Positions 6,623-16,126 are shown, counted from the first letter of the stretch. The stretch: DNA of 64,000 nucleotides from Minisyncoccota bacterium (GCA_036405895.1 DASWWS010000002.1:124029-188028); one strand, 5' to 3'. Notes: generated by a model from the sequence alone, not told the origin. Numbers and translations are program-made.

Positions 6623-8794
6623 ATGACGCTTGAGTCACCTATCGAAACATTGATCCGACTCAAGGAAGATACCCGAGCCGGCCTTCGCCGTTTGGGTATT
6701 TTTTCTGTGCGCGACCTTTTGTACCACTTCCCCACCCGCTATGCAGACGCAAGTATCTTTACTTCCATCGCAGGCCTGGTCGAAGGCGAGACGGCGACTA
6801 TCCGCGGAACCGTGAAAAAGATTGCCACGAAGAAATCATGGAAGACAAAAGTCCCTATGAGCGAAGGCGTGATCGAAGACATGAGCGGCACCATTACGGT
6901 TGTATGGTTCAATCAGCCATACTTGGCGCGCATGATTCGCACAGGAAGCGTCGTAGAGCTCACTGGAAAAGTCACGCTTTATAAAGACATGCCGGCATTG
7001 GTAAACCCCACCGCGCGCGAAGAGCGCGTGATGCCGATTGATAGCCACGACTCTTTATTTGGCACAGGCGACGCAAATGAGGGTGGAGTGTTGACGCCGG
7101 TGTATGCCGAAACAAAAGACGTATCGAGTTTGTGGTTCTCCCACACGATAGCGCGAGCACTTTCCACGCTCGATAGTATTCCCGACCATATCCCCAACAC
7201 CCTTCTTGAGCAATACTCACTACCAAGCCTCAAGACTGCGCTCATTTGGATACACAGCCCCAAAAACCACAACGATGCAACAATTGCGCGCAAGCGCTTT
7301 GCATATGACGAGATCTTTTCCATCAATGTTGCCCGCGCGCAAGAACGGTTGCGGGTAAAAAGTCAGCGTGCCTACTCTATCGATATGAGCACCATTGATA
7401 TGAATTATTTTTTAAAGCGCTTTTCTTTTCCTCTTACCACAGCGCAAAACTCTTCCATTGAACACATTCTCAAGGACCTCGAACAAGATGTGCCGATGTC
7501 GCGCCTCTTAGAAGGCGATGTAGGCAGCGGCAAAACCGCAGTTGCAGCAGTTGCAGCATATGCAACCGTCATGAACCGTCCGAGCAACTCTGGAAAAAAA
7601 CAAACGTTTGGAAACCTCCAAGTTGCATATATGGCGCCAACAGAGCTTTTAGCAACGCAGCACTTCGAATCCTTCATCGAGCTTTTTGAAGGAACGGGCA
7701 TTTCGCTTGCGCTCATCACCGGAAGCGGCTGCCGCAAGTATCCGAGCAAGGTCGCGTCGAACACAAAAGGATGGACCACTATTTCCCGCGCCCAGCTTTC
7801 AAAATGGATCGCGAACGGCGAGATACCGATAGTGATCGGCACGCACACGCTCATTCAAAAATCCCTTACCTTCAAGCATCTCGCACTCGCCATCATCGAT
7901 GAGCAGCACCGCTTCGGGCTCAAGCAGCGCCAGGGCCTCGCAAAAAAAGACACGCACTTCCCTCACTTGCTTTCAATGACTGCAACTCCCATCCCGCGCA
8001 CACTTGCACTAACCTTGTACGGCGACCTTGATCTCTCAGTGCTCGACGTATTGCCGGCGGGGCGCAAAAAGATCGAGACCTCGCTCGTCACCATTGATAA
8101 GCGCGAAGCAATGTATGAGGCCATCCGCGCCATTCTTAAAGAGGGCCGGCAGCTTTATGTCATCTGCCCGCGCATCGGCGACCCGGATCCGGATAAAGCA
8201 AAAGCAATACAAGCAAAGTCGGTAACAACAGAAGCGGTGCGCCTCCAGAAAGAAGTCTTCCCGGAATTCCGCATTGGTGTACTGCACAGCAAAATGACGA
8301 AAGAAAAAAAGGAGGACGCCATGAAAAGCTTTGCCAATCATGAAACCGATATATTGGTTGCAACAAGTGTGGTTGAAGTCGGGGTAAACGTGCCGAACGC
8401 AACCCAAATAATCATCGAAGGTGCCGAGCGCTTTGGGCTCTCCCAGCTTCACCAGCTTCGCGGCCGCGTTGCGCGCTCAAGCTACCAGGCGCACTGCTAT
8501 TTGTTTGCGGATGCAAAAACCGAGCGCACGCTCGAGCGCATGAACTATTTCCTGAAAGCAGAGGACGGTTTTGCGCTCGCCGAGTACGACCTCGCAATGC
8601 GCGGTACCGGCGAACTTACCGGCACCAGCCAGTGGGGCATCTCCGACATTGGCATGGAGGCGCTTCGCAACATCAAGCTTGTCGAAGCTGCGCGGCAAAG
8701 TGCGCAGGCGCTTGTTGCAAGCGATCCGACATTGGCCGACCACCCCCTCTTGGTTGCAATTGTTTCCAAATACGAAACCATGCATTTTGAATAA
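6623..8794 (+). CDS. recG: ATP-dependent DNA helicase RecG
   Basis: Wedge/OB N-terminus, Walker A GDVGSGKT, DEQH box, QLHQLRGRVAR motif VI, 723 aa. Confidence 0.95.
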   Translation: MTLESPIETLIRLKEDTRAGLRRLGIFSVRDLLYHFPTRYADASIFTSIAGLVEGETATIRGTVKKIATKKSWKTKVPMSEGVIEDMSGTITVVWFNQPYLARMIRTGSVVELTGKVTLYKDMPALVNPTAREERVMPIDSHDSLFGTGDANEGGVLTPVYAETKDVSSLWFSHTIARALSTLDSIPDHIPNTLLEQYSLPSLKTALIWIHSPKNHNDATIARKRFAYDEIFSINVARAQERLRVKSQRAYSIDMSTIDMNYFLKRFSFPLTTAQNSSIEHILKDLEQDVPMSRLLEGDVGSGKTAVAAVAAYATVMNRPSNSGKKQTFGNLQVAYMAPTELLATQHFESFIELFEGTGISLALITGSGCRKYPSKVASNTKGWTTISRAQLSKWIANGEIPIVIGTHTLIQKSLTFKHLALAIIDEQHRFGLKQRQGLAKKDTHFPHLLSMTATPIPRTLALTLYGDLDLSVLDVLPAGRKKIETSLVTIDKREAMYEAIRAILKEGRQLYVICPRIGDPDPDKAKAIQAKSVTTEAVRLQKEVFPEFRIGVLHSKMTKEKKEDAMKSFANHETDILVATSVVEVGVNVPNATQIIIEGAERFGLSQLHQLRGRVARSSYQAHCYLFADAKTERTLERMNYFLKAEDGFALAEYDLAMRGTGELTGTSQWGISDIGMEALRNIKLVEAARQSAQALVASDPTLADHPLLVAIVSKYETMHFE

Positions 8795-8835
8795 AAAAGC
8801 CACACAATATTACTGTGTGGCTTTCTCTCATTGTG

Positions 8836-9372
8836 TTACTTAATGAGAGTAATAATTTGTCCTTTTGGTACAGGAATCGTAACAATGTGCGATACCCCTG
8901 TATCAAGGTTTCGGTACTCGGCCGTGAGCTCAACGCTTGAGCTCATCTTATTTTCCATTGCCGTACTAATGTCGCTCGTGACAAGAACTTTTTGTGTTCC
9001 ATTTTTGTTTGTGTCGAACGATGAAAAATCAGTACCGCTTTGGGTAGCAACGCGCTTAGACGTGCTCGTTCCTCCCAATGTTACTGCGGACTTAATTGCA
9101 CTGTATGCGATAGGGATTGATTCTTCTTGAAGAAATCGCACCCGGCAAAATAGTGTAATCTCCACATTCTCAGGATTGTTGATCGTTAGATCTCCGGCAA
9201 ACATAAGAATGCCGGCCTGAGGTGTTTTCACTTCAGCGTCGTCATAGGTAGTGCTTTTCTTAAATGAAAATGTCGGCGCCTGAAATGCAGGTTCAACATA
9301 TCCTTCTTCCTTTTCGCAGCTTGTAGCGAAAAACAGGGTTGCCGCCAGGGCGCATAACAATACATTTTTCAT
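8836..9372 (-). CDS. lipoprotein, unknown function
   Basis: Signal peptide with lipobox LFFATSC. AT-rich gene. Confidence 0.65.
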   Translation of the reverse strand: MKNVLLCALAATLFFATSCEKEEGYVEPAFQAPTFSFKKSTTYDDAEVKTPQAGILMFAGDLTINNPENVEITLFCRVRFLQEESIPIAYSAIKSAVTLGGTSTSKRVATQSGTDFSSFDTNKNGTQKVLVTSDISTAMENKMSSSVELTAEYRNLDTGVSHIVTIPVPKGQIITLIK

Positions 9373-9576
9373 GGTCTATTTAGTTTTTATGGTTCAAATT
9401 TACTTTGTTTATTTTTTATATTATATCACTTTATTTATAAAAAGTCAATAGAGCTCCTCTGCCTAAAAATTGTCTTTTACGTCAGGACTGATAGAATCAA
9501 AGGGTTCTCATTTCCGCTCTTAGCTGTTTGGTGTACGGGCCAAGCAAGGTAGGGGTTATAGAAAATCAATATACTT

Positions 9577-9650
9577 CCGCTCTTAGCTCAGTTGGTTAGA
9601 GCGCCGAGCTTATACCTCGGTGGTCCATGGTTCGAATCCATGAGGGCGGA
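9577..9650 (+). tRNA. tRNA with anticodon UAU (Ile, AUA-decoding)
   Basis: Acceptor CCGCTCT/AGGGCGG (one G-U), D-arm TAGCTCAGTTGGTTAGAGC, anticodon arm CCGAG-CTTATAC-CTCGG, T-arm CATGG-TTCGAAT-CCATG. Confidence 0.8.
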
Positions 9651-9744
9651 CATTAAGTAAACAAATATGCAGTATGCCTCTGAGGCAATGGCGTGTAGCG
9701 TTTCGACCCCAGGGAGAGGCGGACAAGTGCTATACTGTACACAT

Positions 9745-10215
9745 ATGAATGAATTTGTAGCAAAGAAACTCGGCGAAGTGCTCGCCTTTAACCAAGTCGG
9801 CACGGACACCTATGAAAAAGGAAAAGAAGCACTCATCGCAGTACTGGGAGCTGAACGTTTTGCGGATATTGAAGACAAGAACCGCATTCACGGAGAAGCA
9901 GTGATGAAGATCGCGACCGACGCGGGCATGATCGACACAACGCTTGCAAAAGCCGAAAAGACCGGAGAGAAGCTCAAGGCTATGCGCGACCTCTATGTTG
10001 GTGACCAATGGGACAATGCCACAGAGCTGATGGAATGGAGCGGATTTTTCGAAGGCGCAGCAATCGTGCACTGGGCGCTGGTGCGCGGTGCGGCAGAAGG
10101 CATGAATGACGAAACCCTCCTCGAACTTTCAAACGAAGGAGTGAATTGGCACTATGAGCTTTTGGAAATGGCTGAAAGCGAACTCGGCACCACCGGACAG
10201 AACAAGGCTTCCTAA
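9745..10215 (+). CDS. hypothetical helical protein (possibly a ferritin-like four-helix bundle)
   Basis: ORF 9667..10215. Start moved to ATG 9745 (TGCTATACT-N8-ATG) so it no longer abuts the tRNA. The functional guess is weak. Confidence 0.55.
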   Translation: MNEFVAKKLGEVLAFNQVGTDTYEKGKEALIAVLGAERFADIEDKNRIHGEAVMKIATDAGMIDTTLAKAEKTGEKLKAMRDLYVGDQWDNATELMEWSGFFEGAAIVHWALVRGAAEGMNDETLLELSNEGVNWHYELLEMAESELGTTGQNKAS

Positions 10216-10219
10216 TAAT

Positions 10220-10278
10220 CAGAAGGACCGTCCTTCTGAAAATAAAAACAACCTAACGAGGACCGTCCTCGTTAGGTT
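10220..10278. repeat. two adjacent GGAC-N-GTCC palindromes acting as a convergent terminator
   Basis: CAGAAGGACCGTCCTTCTG (10220-10238) and AACCTAACGAGGACCGTCCTCGTTAGGTT (10250-10278) followed by TTTTT. Confidence 0.8.
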
Positions 10279-10289
10279 GTTTTTATTGT

Positions 10290-12188
10290 TTAAAGCTCGA
10301 TTTTCTTTAATGGAATGCCGTGAGCGGAAATAATTGCTTCATATTCCGGCTGTTCGAGCGTTTCCACTTCGATTAGCTTTGCGGTGATTGCTTCGAGCAC
10401 ACCCTTGTGTTCGGTAAGAACAGTGCGGGCACGCTCAAATCCTTCTTTCATGATGCGCTGCACTTCGGAGTCGACAAGTGCACTAGTCTGCTCTGAATAT
10501 TCTTTTCCTTTCACTCCTTCGCCGAACATTGCGCGGCCTCCGTCGTTTTCAAGGGCAAGCGGGCCGATGGCATCGCTCATCCCCCATCGTGTCACCATGG
10601 CGCGTGCAAGCGCGGTTGCAACCTGAAGGTCGTTTGAAGGACCGGTTGTCACGTCCCCAAAGATTGATTCTTCTGCAACGTATCCTGCAAGCGACATTGC
10701 AATGTCGTCGAGATATTCTTTCTTGGTGGTAAGCTTTCGCTCTTCAAGCGGAAGCTTCAGCGTGTACCCACCGGCGCGCCCTCGTGCAACAATAGAAACT
10801 TTGTGCACCGGGTCAGCATCCGGAAGAACTGATGCAACAAGCGCATGCGCTGCTTCATGATACGCCGTGATTTTCTTTTCTTTCTTTGTCAGCAAATGGC
10901 TCTTGCGCTCAGGCCCGATCATCACTTTTTCAATGGAGCGTACAAGGTCAAACTGCGATATCTTCTTTCGATTTTCGCGTGCTGCCAAGATTGCACCTTC
11001 GTTCATTAATGAGTAGAGGTCGGCTCCGGAGAATCCGGGTGTGCGCTCTGCTATCACCTTGAGATTCACGTCTTCTGCAAACGGCTTTTTGGTGCTGTGC
11101 ACATTCAAAATGTCTTCGCGGTCGCGACGGTCTGGAAGGTCAAGCATCACTCGGCGGTCAAATCGGCCTGGACGCAACAGTGCTGGGTCCAATACATCGC
11201 TTCGGTTCGTTGCCGCCATCACGATTACCTTGTCGTTCGGTTCAAAGCCGTCCATCTCCACCAATATTTGGTTGAGTGTCTGTTCTCGCTCGTCGTTTCC
11301 ACCGCCATATCCGCCTCCGCGTACGCGTCCTACCGCATCAATTTCATCGATAAAAATAATGGACGGTGCTGCGCGCTTTGCCATCTTGAAAAGGTCGCGC
11401 ACGCGCGATGCGCCCACACCGACAAACATCTCAACAAATTCTGATCCTGAAAGATGGAAGAACGGCACACTTGCCTCCCCCGCTACAGCGCGAGCCAAGA
11501 GCGTCTTCCCTGTTCCTGGTGCACCGGCGAGCAATACTCCTTTTGGAATGCGCGCTCCGATATCCAAAAACTTTTTTGGATTCTTCAAAAAGTCCACAAT
11601 TTCTTTGAGTTCTTCCTTGGCTTCGCGCGCACCTGCAACATCTTTGAATGTTACCCTGTTTGTCGTATCGCTTGGGTCAGTGATGCGCGCTTTTGACTGC
11701 CCGAAATTAAATGCCTGCATGCCAGCACCCTTTGCCTGGCGTGTAAGCATCCAAAAAAAGAATCCAATCAATACTACCGGCAAAAGTATTGGGAGAATGG
11801 TAAGGAAAAAGAATGCGAGGCCTGATGCGCTGGCAACAGTAATGTCGACTGCGCTGATGCGAGGCTCTTCAACACCATATGCTGCCAATGTTTCCACCAA
11901 TGAAGCACTTGGTTCTTTTTTGCTTTCAAGAATTGTCTCGTCTGTTTTTGTAACAGTGAGCGCTTGGTCGTCGATGACAATGCTCTTCACCTCCCCTGCC
12001 TGCACAAGGCGTGCAACTTCTGAAAGGGTCACCACTTCGTTCTTTTCTGTCCCCATACCAGAGACAACAGAGTAGCCGGCAGTAAGGAGTGCGAAGATAA
12101 GGAGGGTTGAAAATATATAGGAAGAAAGAGAGCGCTTGGGAGGCGTCTTTTTTATAGGGTTCGGTGTAGGGATTTCTTGTTTGGACAT
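10290..12188 (-). CDS. ftsH: ATP-dependent zinc metalloprotease FtsH
   Basis: Two N-terminal TM helices, AAA+ Walker A GAPGTGKT, an SRH region, HEAAH zinc motif. Confidence 0.97.
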   Translation of the reverse strand: MSKQEIPTPNPIKKTPPKRSLSSYIFSTLLIFALLTAGYSVVSGMGTEKNEVVTLSEVARLVQAGEVKSIVIDDQALTVTKTDETILESKKEPSASLVETLAAYGVEEPRISAVDITVASASGLAFFFLTILPILLPVVLIGFFFWMLTRQAKGAGMQAFNFGQSKARITDPSDTTNRVTFKDVAGAREAKEELKEIVDFLKNPKKFLDIGARIPKGVLLAGAPGTGKTLLARAVAGEASVPFFHLSGSEFVEMFVGVGASRVRDLFKMAKRAAPSIIFIDEIDAVGRVRGGGYGGGNDEREQTLNQILVEMDGFEPNDKVIVMAATNRSDVLDPALLRPGRFDRRVMLDLPDRRDREDILNVHSTKKPFAEDVNLKVIAERTPGFSGADLYSLMNEGAILAARENRKKISQFDLVRSIEKVMIGPERKSHLLTKKEKKITAYHEAAHALVASVLPDADPVHKVSIVARGRAGGYTLKLPLEERKLTTKKEYLDDIAMSLAGYVAEESIFGDVTTGPSNDLQVATALARAMVTRWGMSDAIGPLALENDGGRAMFGEGVKGKEYSEQTSALVDSEVQRIMKEGFERARTVLTEHKGVLEAITAKLIEVETLEQPEYEAIISAHGIPLKKIEL

Positions 12189-12455
12189 AGGCTTTATTAT
12201 ACATAAAAACGATAAAAACGCCTTTTAGGGGGTATCGACCTCCAGGTTACTAAATATTTTTCAGGGTATCGCCTCACAAATCACTAAGCATAATTCTTCG
12301 CTCCACTCGAATTCTGCCAAGTGTTCGCGAGCCCGGCTCGGTTCCGCCATAGGCGGATACCTGCGCCTTTTCGATACCCACGCAAGACAAGCAGTTGCCC
12401 TGTTCCATCTCCACCTAAAAAACAAAAAACGCCCAAGGGCGCTAATGTTGTTACA

Positions 12456-12841
12456 GGTGGAGATGGGGGTATCGAAACCCCGTGCAAATGATCACGAACA
12501 AGTACTTCTCCATGCGTAGTACGATTTAATTGTTAAGACAGAATCTCAAAACCGTACAAAACGATTCATGTCCGAGCCTCGATTGTTTCGGAGTACTGAC
12601 GAGACACGCAGTACTTCCTACGTTCGATGAATGTTGCCGCGACTACGTTATCGAACATCACGTAGAGCGACACCGGATTGACCTAAATTTAGGCGAATGC
12701 CGGAGCGAAGTTTCCAAAATATGGAGACTTCACTGATGCTGTGCTGTTGCCAGGTAAGCGTTCGGACGAATTTTACGAGATACGTCCATTCTCGGCATGC
12801 ATACAGGCCCGATACATCAAATGTCGAAACCTTTCATCCCC
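12456..12841 (-). ncRNA. ssrA: tmRNA (SsrA)
   Basis: 5' GGGGATGAAAGGTTTCGAC and 3' GGGGTTTCGATACCCCCATCTCCACC, with a G3-U70 acceptor. Internal tag frame 12751-12689 reads GNSTASVKSPYFGNFAPAFA-stop. Lies directly downstream of smpB. Confidence 0.9.
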
Positions 12842-12865
12842 AAAGTTGCAATACAGAGCAACTTT

Positions 12866-13009
12866 GGCGCCAGGAGTCGTTTTCGACATTTGTCGAAAAC
12901 TATCGTGGTGCAAAAATTACTGTGCCCTGCTGAAGCTCCATAACAAATTTGGCGCCAGGAGATTTTTTTAGCTTCGCTAAAAAAATTCGTGGTGCAAAAG
13001 CGCCAGGAG
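12866..13009. repeat. 2.5 tandem modules: GGCGCCAGGAG - variable hairpin - TCGTGGTGCAAAA
   Basis: Unit 1 is 12866-12915 (hairpin GTTTTCGACA/TGTCGAAAAC). Unit 2 is 12951-12999 (hairpin TTTTTTTAGC/GCTAAAAAAA). A partial third flank is at 13000-13009. Located in the smpB-ssrA spacer. Confidence 0.8.
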
Positions 13010-13032
13010 TTCTATTTGGAAAATCACACTCT

Positions 13033-13473
13033 CTATTGAGCCCCTTCGCGCCTTAGCTCCCGATCAAGGTCGCGCGCTTTGAGCGTTTCTCGTTTGTCGA
13101 AGTTCTTTTTCCCTTTCGCTATTGCGATTTGTACCTTTACGATACTCCCTTTATTATACAACGATATAGGCACTACCGTCAAACCCTTGCTCGAAAGCGC
13201 CCGTAACAAATCATAGAGCTCTTTTTTATTCACTAAAAGCTTTCGGGTGCGATACGGATCATACGCCGAAGAAACATTCTTCTCCTGCCAGGCAGGAATA
13301 TGAGCGCCAAGAAGATAGAGTTCTCCCCCGAGCACTTGCACATAGGCCCCATTGAGGCTGCCGTGATTTGCTTTGAGGGATTTCACTTCAGTACCGAGAA
13401 GCTGTATGCCCGCTTCGAGTGTTTCCTCGAAAGAGTAGTCATGCGATGCTTTTTTATTCCGGATAAATTCCAT
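13033..13473 (-). CDS. smpB: SsrA-binding protein SmpB
   Basis: IRNKKASHDY...GTEVKSL...RTRKLL motifs. Start at internal ATG 13473 (146 aa), since the upstream extension is non-homologous. Confidence 0.92.
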   Translation of the reverse strand: MEFIRNKKASHDYSFEETLEAGIQLLGTEVKSLKANHGSLNGAYVQVLGGELYLLGAHIPAWQEKNVSSAYDPYRTRKLLVNKKELYDLLRALSSKGLTVVPISLYNKGSIVKVQIAIAKGKKNFDKRETLKARDLDRELRREGAQ

Positions 13474-13557
13474 ACTAGACCAATCGTACCATGTATGAAC
13501 AAATATTGACATATCCGCATAACATGCGATAATAGTGACAAAACAAAATTGATAACT

Positions 13558-13923
13558 ATGCAAAGTGAACAAAAAACCCGGTATTCCGACTCTGAACTAA
13601 GAGAGTTCAAAGCGCTCATAGTGGAAAAACTAAAAAGCAGCCGCGAAGAATTAGCAGACTTTTTAAGCCAGATGAGCATCGACAACGAAAAAGTTTCGTT
13701 GAGTGACTACAGTGCCGTAACAGAGGAAAAAGAATACCTTGGCAAGCAGGCGGGCCGCAAGAAAACATTTATTCAAAACCTGGAAAATGCACTGATACGC
13801 ATTGAAAACAAGACGTACGGTATCTGCCGGATAACAGGTAATCTGATACCGAAAGGGCGTTTACTTGCAGTACCTCACGCTACGTTATGCATGGAGGCAA
13901 AATTGAAACAATCAGCCGCATAA
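13558..13923 (+). CDS. DksA/TraR family protein with degenerate zinc finger
   Basis: Coiled-coil followed by YGICRITGNLIPKGRLLAVPHATLCMEAK. Only 2 of the 4 canonical Cys are present. Confidence 0.75.
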   Translation: MQSEQKTRYSDSELREFKALIVEKLKSSREELADFLSQMSIDNEKVSLSDYSAVTEEKEYLGKQAGRKKTFIQNLENALIRIENKTYGICRITGNLIPKGRLLAVPHATLCMEAKLKQSAA

Positions 13924-13940
13924 CAACACTCATCGAAAAA

Positions 13941-13964
13941 AGCCAAACCGCATGCGGTTTGGCT
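13941..13964. terminator. bidirectional intrinsic terminator
   Basis: AGCCAAACCG-CATG-CGGTTTGGCT flanked by A- and T-runs, between convergent genes. Confidence 0.8.
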
Positions 13965-13971
13965 TTTGTTT

Positions 13972-14559
13972 TTACAGCTCAAGATCAATTCCAATTCCGA
14001 GCATTACGGCTTTTGGTCCGACAGTTGCCGAAACATTAAACAATCCAAGTGTGTACTGAGTACGAATACCGGTCACCGCTTCCGTTTGGCTATAGAGCCC
14101 GAGCGAAAGCTTCTCTCCTACTCCGTACATCACCGACGTCATTTGGAAAAATCCATACGGGCGAGAATAATACGGATTGGTGTACAGCATAAACTTCCCT
14201 TTCTGGCTCTCCTCTTGTGCATGCGATTCAAAATACGCATATGCATTAAGGCTTGCACTGGTGCGGCCCCGAGCAAAATCAATACCCGGGCCAAGTGAAA
14301 GTTCAACATAGTTATCGCCTGGTGCAAATGCAATCAAGGGCCCAAGAGAGACGCCCAGAAGCCCTGGTTCATTTACAACAAATCCAAATACCCCAACTCC
14401 TCGCTTGTTTGTATGAGCAAACGATGCCCATTGAAAAGTTTCAAGACCTTTTGCATCAAACTGTTTGGTTGCTTGAGCTTCGGCGCTTACAAGAGTTTGT
14501 TGCGCCATTGCTGTACTTGTTGCCACCAAGGCAAGAAGTACTGTGAGTAATTTCTTCAT
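13972..14559 (-). CDS. secreted beta-strand-rich protein (small OMP-like barrel candidate)
   Basis: Sec signal ending AMAQ. Alternating hydrophobic pattern with Gly/aromatic girdles. TGCTATAAT promoter plus an AAGGA Shine-Dalgarno sequence. Confidence 0.6.
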   Translation of the reverse strand: MKKLLTVLLALVATSTAMAQQTLVSAEAQATKQFDAKGLETFQWASFAHTNKRGVGVFGFVVNEPGLLGVSLGPLIAFAPGDNYVELSLGPGIDFARGRTSASLNAYAYFESHAQEESQKGKFMLYTNPYYSRPYGFFQMTSVMYGVGEKLSLGLYSQTEAVTGIRTQYTLGLFNVSATVGPKAVMLGIGIDLEL

Positions 14560-14617
14560 TTTCCTTTGTTAATTTGCGTATATTATAGCACAAATTGAAC
14601 AAAAAATCAAGTATATA

Positions 14618-15391
14618 TTATATGGTGTACTCTCCTATTCGCACTCTCTTAATACGGTACGCAAGGGCTGGAATACCCGCTGTTGCTCCTACAACTTCCG
14701 CAAGGGCTCTCATATATGTACCCGAAGTTGCAGTAATACGAATCGTGATAAAAGGAATTTCTTTTTCTCCCTCTTTTGCAATTACTTCCATCCACTTTTT
14801 TATAATTTCTTCTTGCCGAAAGTCTCCTGCAACATTTTGTATAACAGGCAGTGTTTCCTCAATACCTTCTGCAAGTGTTCTGTATTCTATTCCCTGCAAT
14901 TGAACACCGGTAACCTGCACTTTCTTTGTTGGCACCCTTACCACTGTTCCCGCTCTCGCATGAACAAAAAGAGGCATTCCGTCTACCGTTCGAGAGGAAT
15001 ACAGAGGATATGCAAGTTCAGTTACCCCTTCCAAACTTTTAACAGCATTCTCAATAGATTCTTTTACGATAGCTGTGTCTGTATTAATTGCCGTAACAAG
15101 GCCCAGCATATCCGCCGTATCAGTGCTCACCCCTAATAACACCGTGAGCTCATAGGTTTTATCTAGTCCTAAAAGGTCATCTTTATAAAATCGAGCATCG
15201 CCCTTAAGGATAATCACCACTCCTTCGGCCATTGGATCGAGCCTTCCGGCATAGGTAAGCTTGATTGCATCCGTTAGACCCTGTTCACTGCGAAAGCGCT
15301 CTAAAAGGACTGCAAGTGTCTCGCCGGGGTGCTTCCACACAGCAAAAACATCTTGACTATTTGGGCCTTTTTGGGTATCATGTGAAGACAT
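14618..15391 (-). CDS. truB: tRNA pseudouridine-55 synthase TruB
   Basis: Catalytic motif GRLDPMAEG. Start at ATG 15391. Confidence 0.85.
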   Translation of the reverse strand: MSSHDTQKGPNSQDVFAVWKHPGETLAVLLERFRSEQGLTDAIKLTYAGRLDPMAEGVVIILKGDARFYKDDLLGLDKTYELTVLLGVSTDTADMLGLVTAINTDTAIVKESIENAVKSLEGVTELAYPLYSSRTVDGMPLFVHARAGTVVRVPTKKVQVTGVQLQGIEYRTLAEGIEETLPVIQNVAGDFRQEEIIKKWMEVIAKEGEKEIPFITIRITATSGTYMRALAEVVGATAGIPALAYRIKRVRIGEYTI

Positions 15392-15409
15392 TATTGTACT
15401 ACTATAGCT

Positions 15410-15925
15410 TTGAAGGAACGAATCAACAAACAAATACACGCATCAGAACTTCGCGTCGTTGACGAGGAGGGTGAAAACAAAGGAGTCATGTCTCTGACAG
15501 AGGCATTGGCTTTGGCTGAAAGCCTGGGCGTGGACTTGATTGAGACCGGGCCGAATGCGCGCCCCCCTATTGCAAAGCTTATGGAGTTCGGTAAGTACCA
15601 GTACGAACAGAAGAAAAAGCTCCAAAAAGCACGCACAGGAGCTAAGCCTACGGAAACAAAGTCCATTCAGATTAAGATTGGTACCGGCGACCACGACCTC
15701 GAGCTGAAGGCAAAAACCGCCAGCAAGTGGCTCAAGGAAGGACACCGCATCAAAGTAGAGCTTTTCCTTCGAGGACGCTCAAAGGGCATGGAAGAGCCAT
15801 TTTTAAAGGAACGACTCGACCGGGTCTTGCATTTTATCACCGAACAGTATAAGATTGCGGAACCACATAAGCGCTCTCCTAAGGGTTTGGCTATCGTTAT
15901 CGAACGAGACAGAGCAGCAAAATAG
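15410..15925 (+). CDS. infC: translation initiation factor IF-3
   Basis: INKQIHASELRVVDEEGENKGVMSLTEAL. Non-ATG (TTG) start, as is usual for infC. Part of the infC-rpmI-rplT operon. Confidence 0.92.
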   Translation: MKERINKQIHASELRVVDEEGENKGVMSLTEALALAESLGVDLIETGPNARPPIAKLMEFGKYQYEQKKKLQKARTGAKPTETKSIQIKIGTGDHDLELKAKTASKWLKEGHRIKVELFLRGRSKGMEEPFLKERLDRVLHFITEQYKIAEPHKRSPKGLAIVIERDRAAK

Positions 15926-15934
15926 ACATAATAT

Positions 15935-16126
15935 ATGGCAGCAAAGACCAACAAATCATATACAAAACGCCTTAAGCTTACCAAAACAGGTAAGATTATT
16001 GGACGAAAGCCAGGATTTAACCACTTTAATGCAAAGCAGTCACGAGTACACCAGCTCAACGGCAAGCGAGGCGTCGAATTCCCAATGACTCCGAAAGAGA
16101 TTGGCCTTTTTATCCCTCATCGATAA
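15935..16126 (+). CDS. rpmI: 50S ribosomal protein L35
   Basis: Basic 63 aa protein with a KTNKSYTKRLKLTKTGKI pattern. Operon position supports the call. Confidence 0.9.
   Translation: MAAKTNKSYTKRLKLTKTGKIIGRKPGFNHFNAKQSRVHQLNGKRGVEFPMTPKEIGLFIPHR

Noticed and set aside
11041-12075. 344-aa plus-strand ORF, plus several shorter ones, inside ftsH
   Set aside because: It is antisense to a gene with unambiguous FtsH motifs. The translation is low-complexity (Ser/Arg/Thr/Pro-rich), and there is no promoter or Shine-Dalgarno context. It is a shadow ORF.
12228-12416. Possible second, plus-strand tmRNA-like gene convergent with ssrA (starts GGGGGTATCGAC, ends CCATCTCCACCT)
   Set aside because: There is no T-arm before the terminal CCATCTCCACC, no tag-like reading frame ending in Ala-x-Ala, and no pairing between the two ends. 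It is better explained as scattered fragments of the real ssrA 3' end.
12284-12971. Short ORFs across the ssrA region (12284..12487, 12530..12736, 12697..12933, 12741..12971)
   Set aside because: The region is accounted for by the tmRNA and its flanking repeats.
12866-13009. CRISPR-like appearance of repeated flanks separated by unique sequence
   Set aside because: There are only 2.5 units. The unique parts are themselves perfect hairpins of about 25 nt, the repeat is split into two half-sites, and no cas genes are present. No CRISPR array was seen anywhere in the window.
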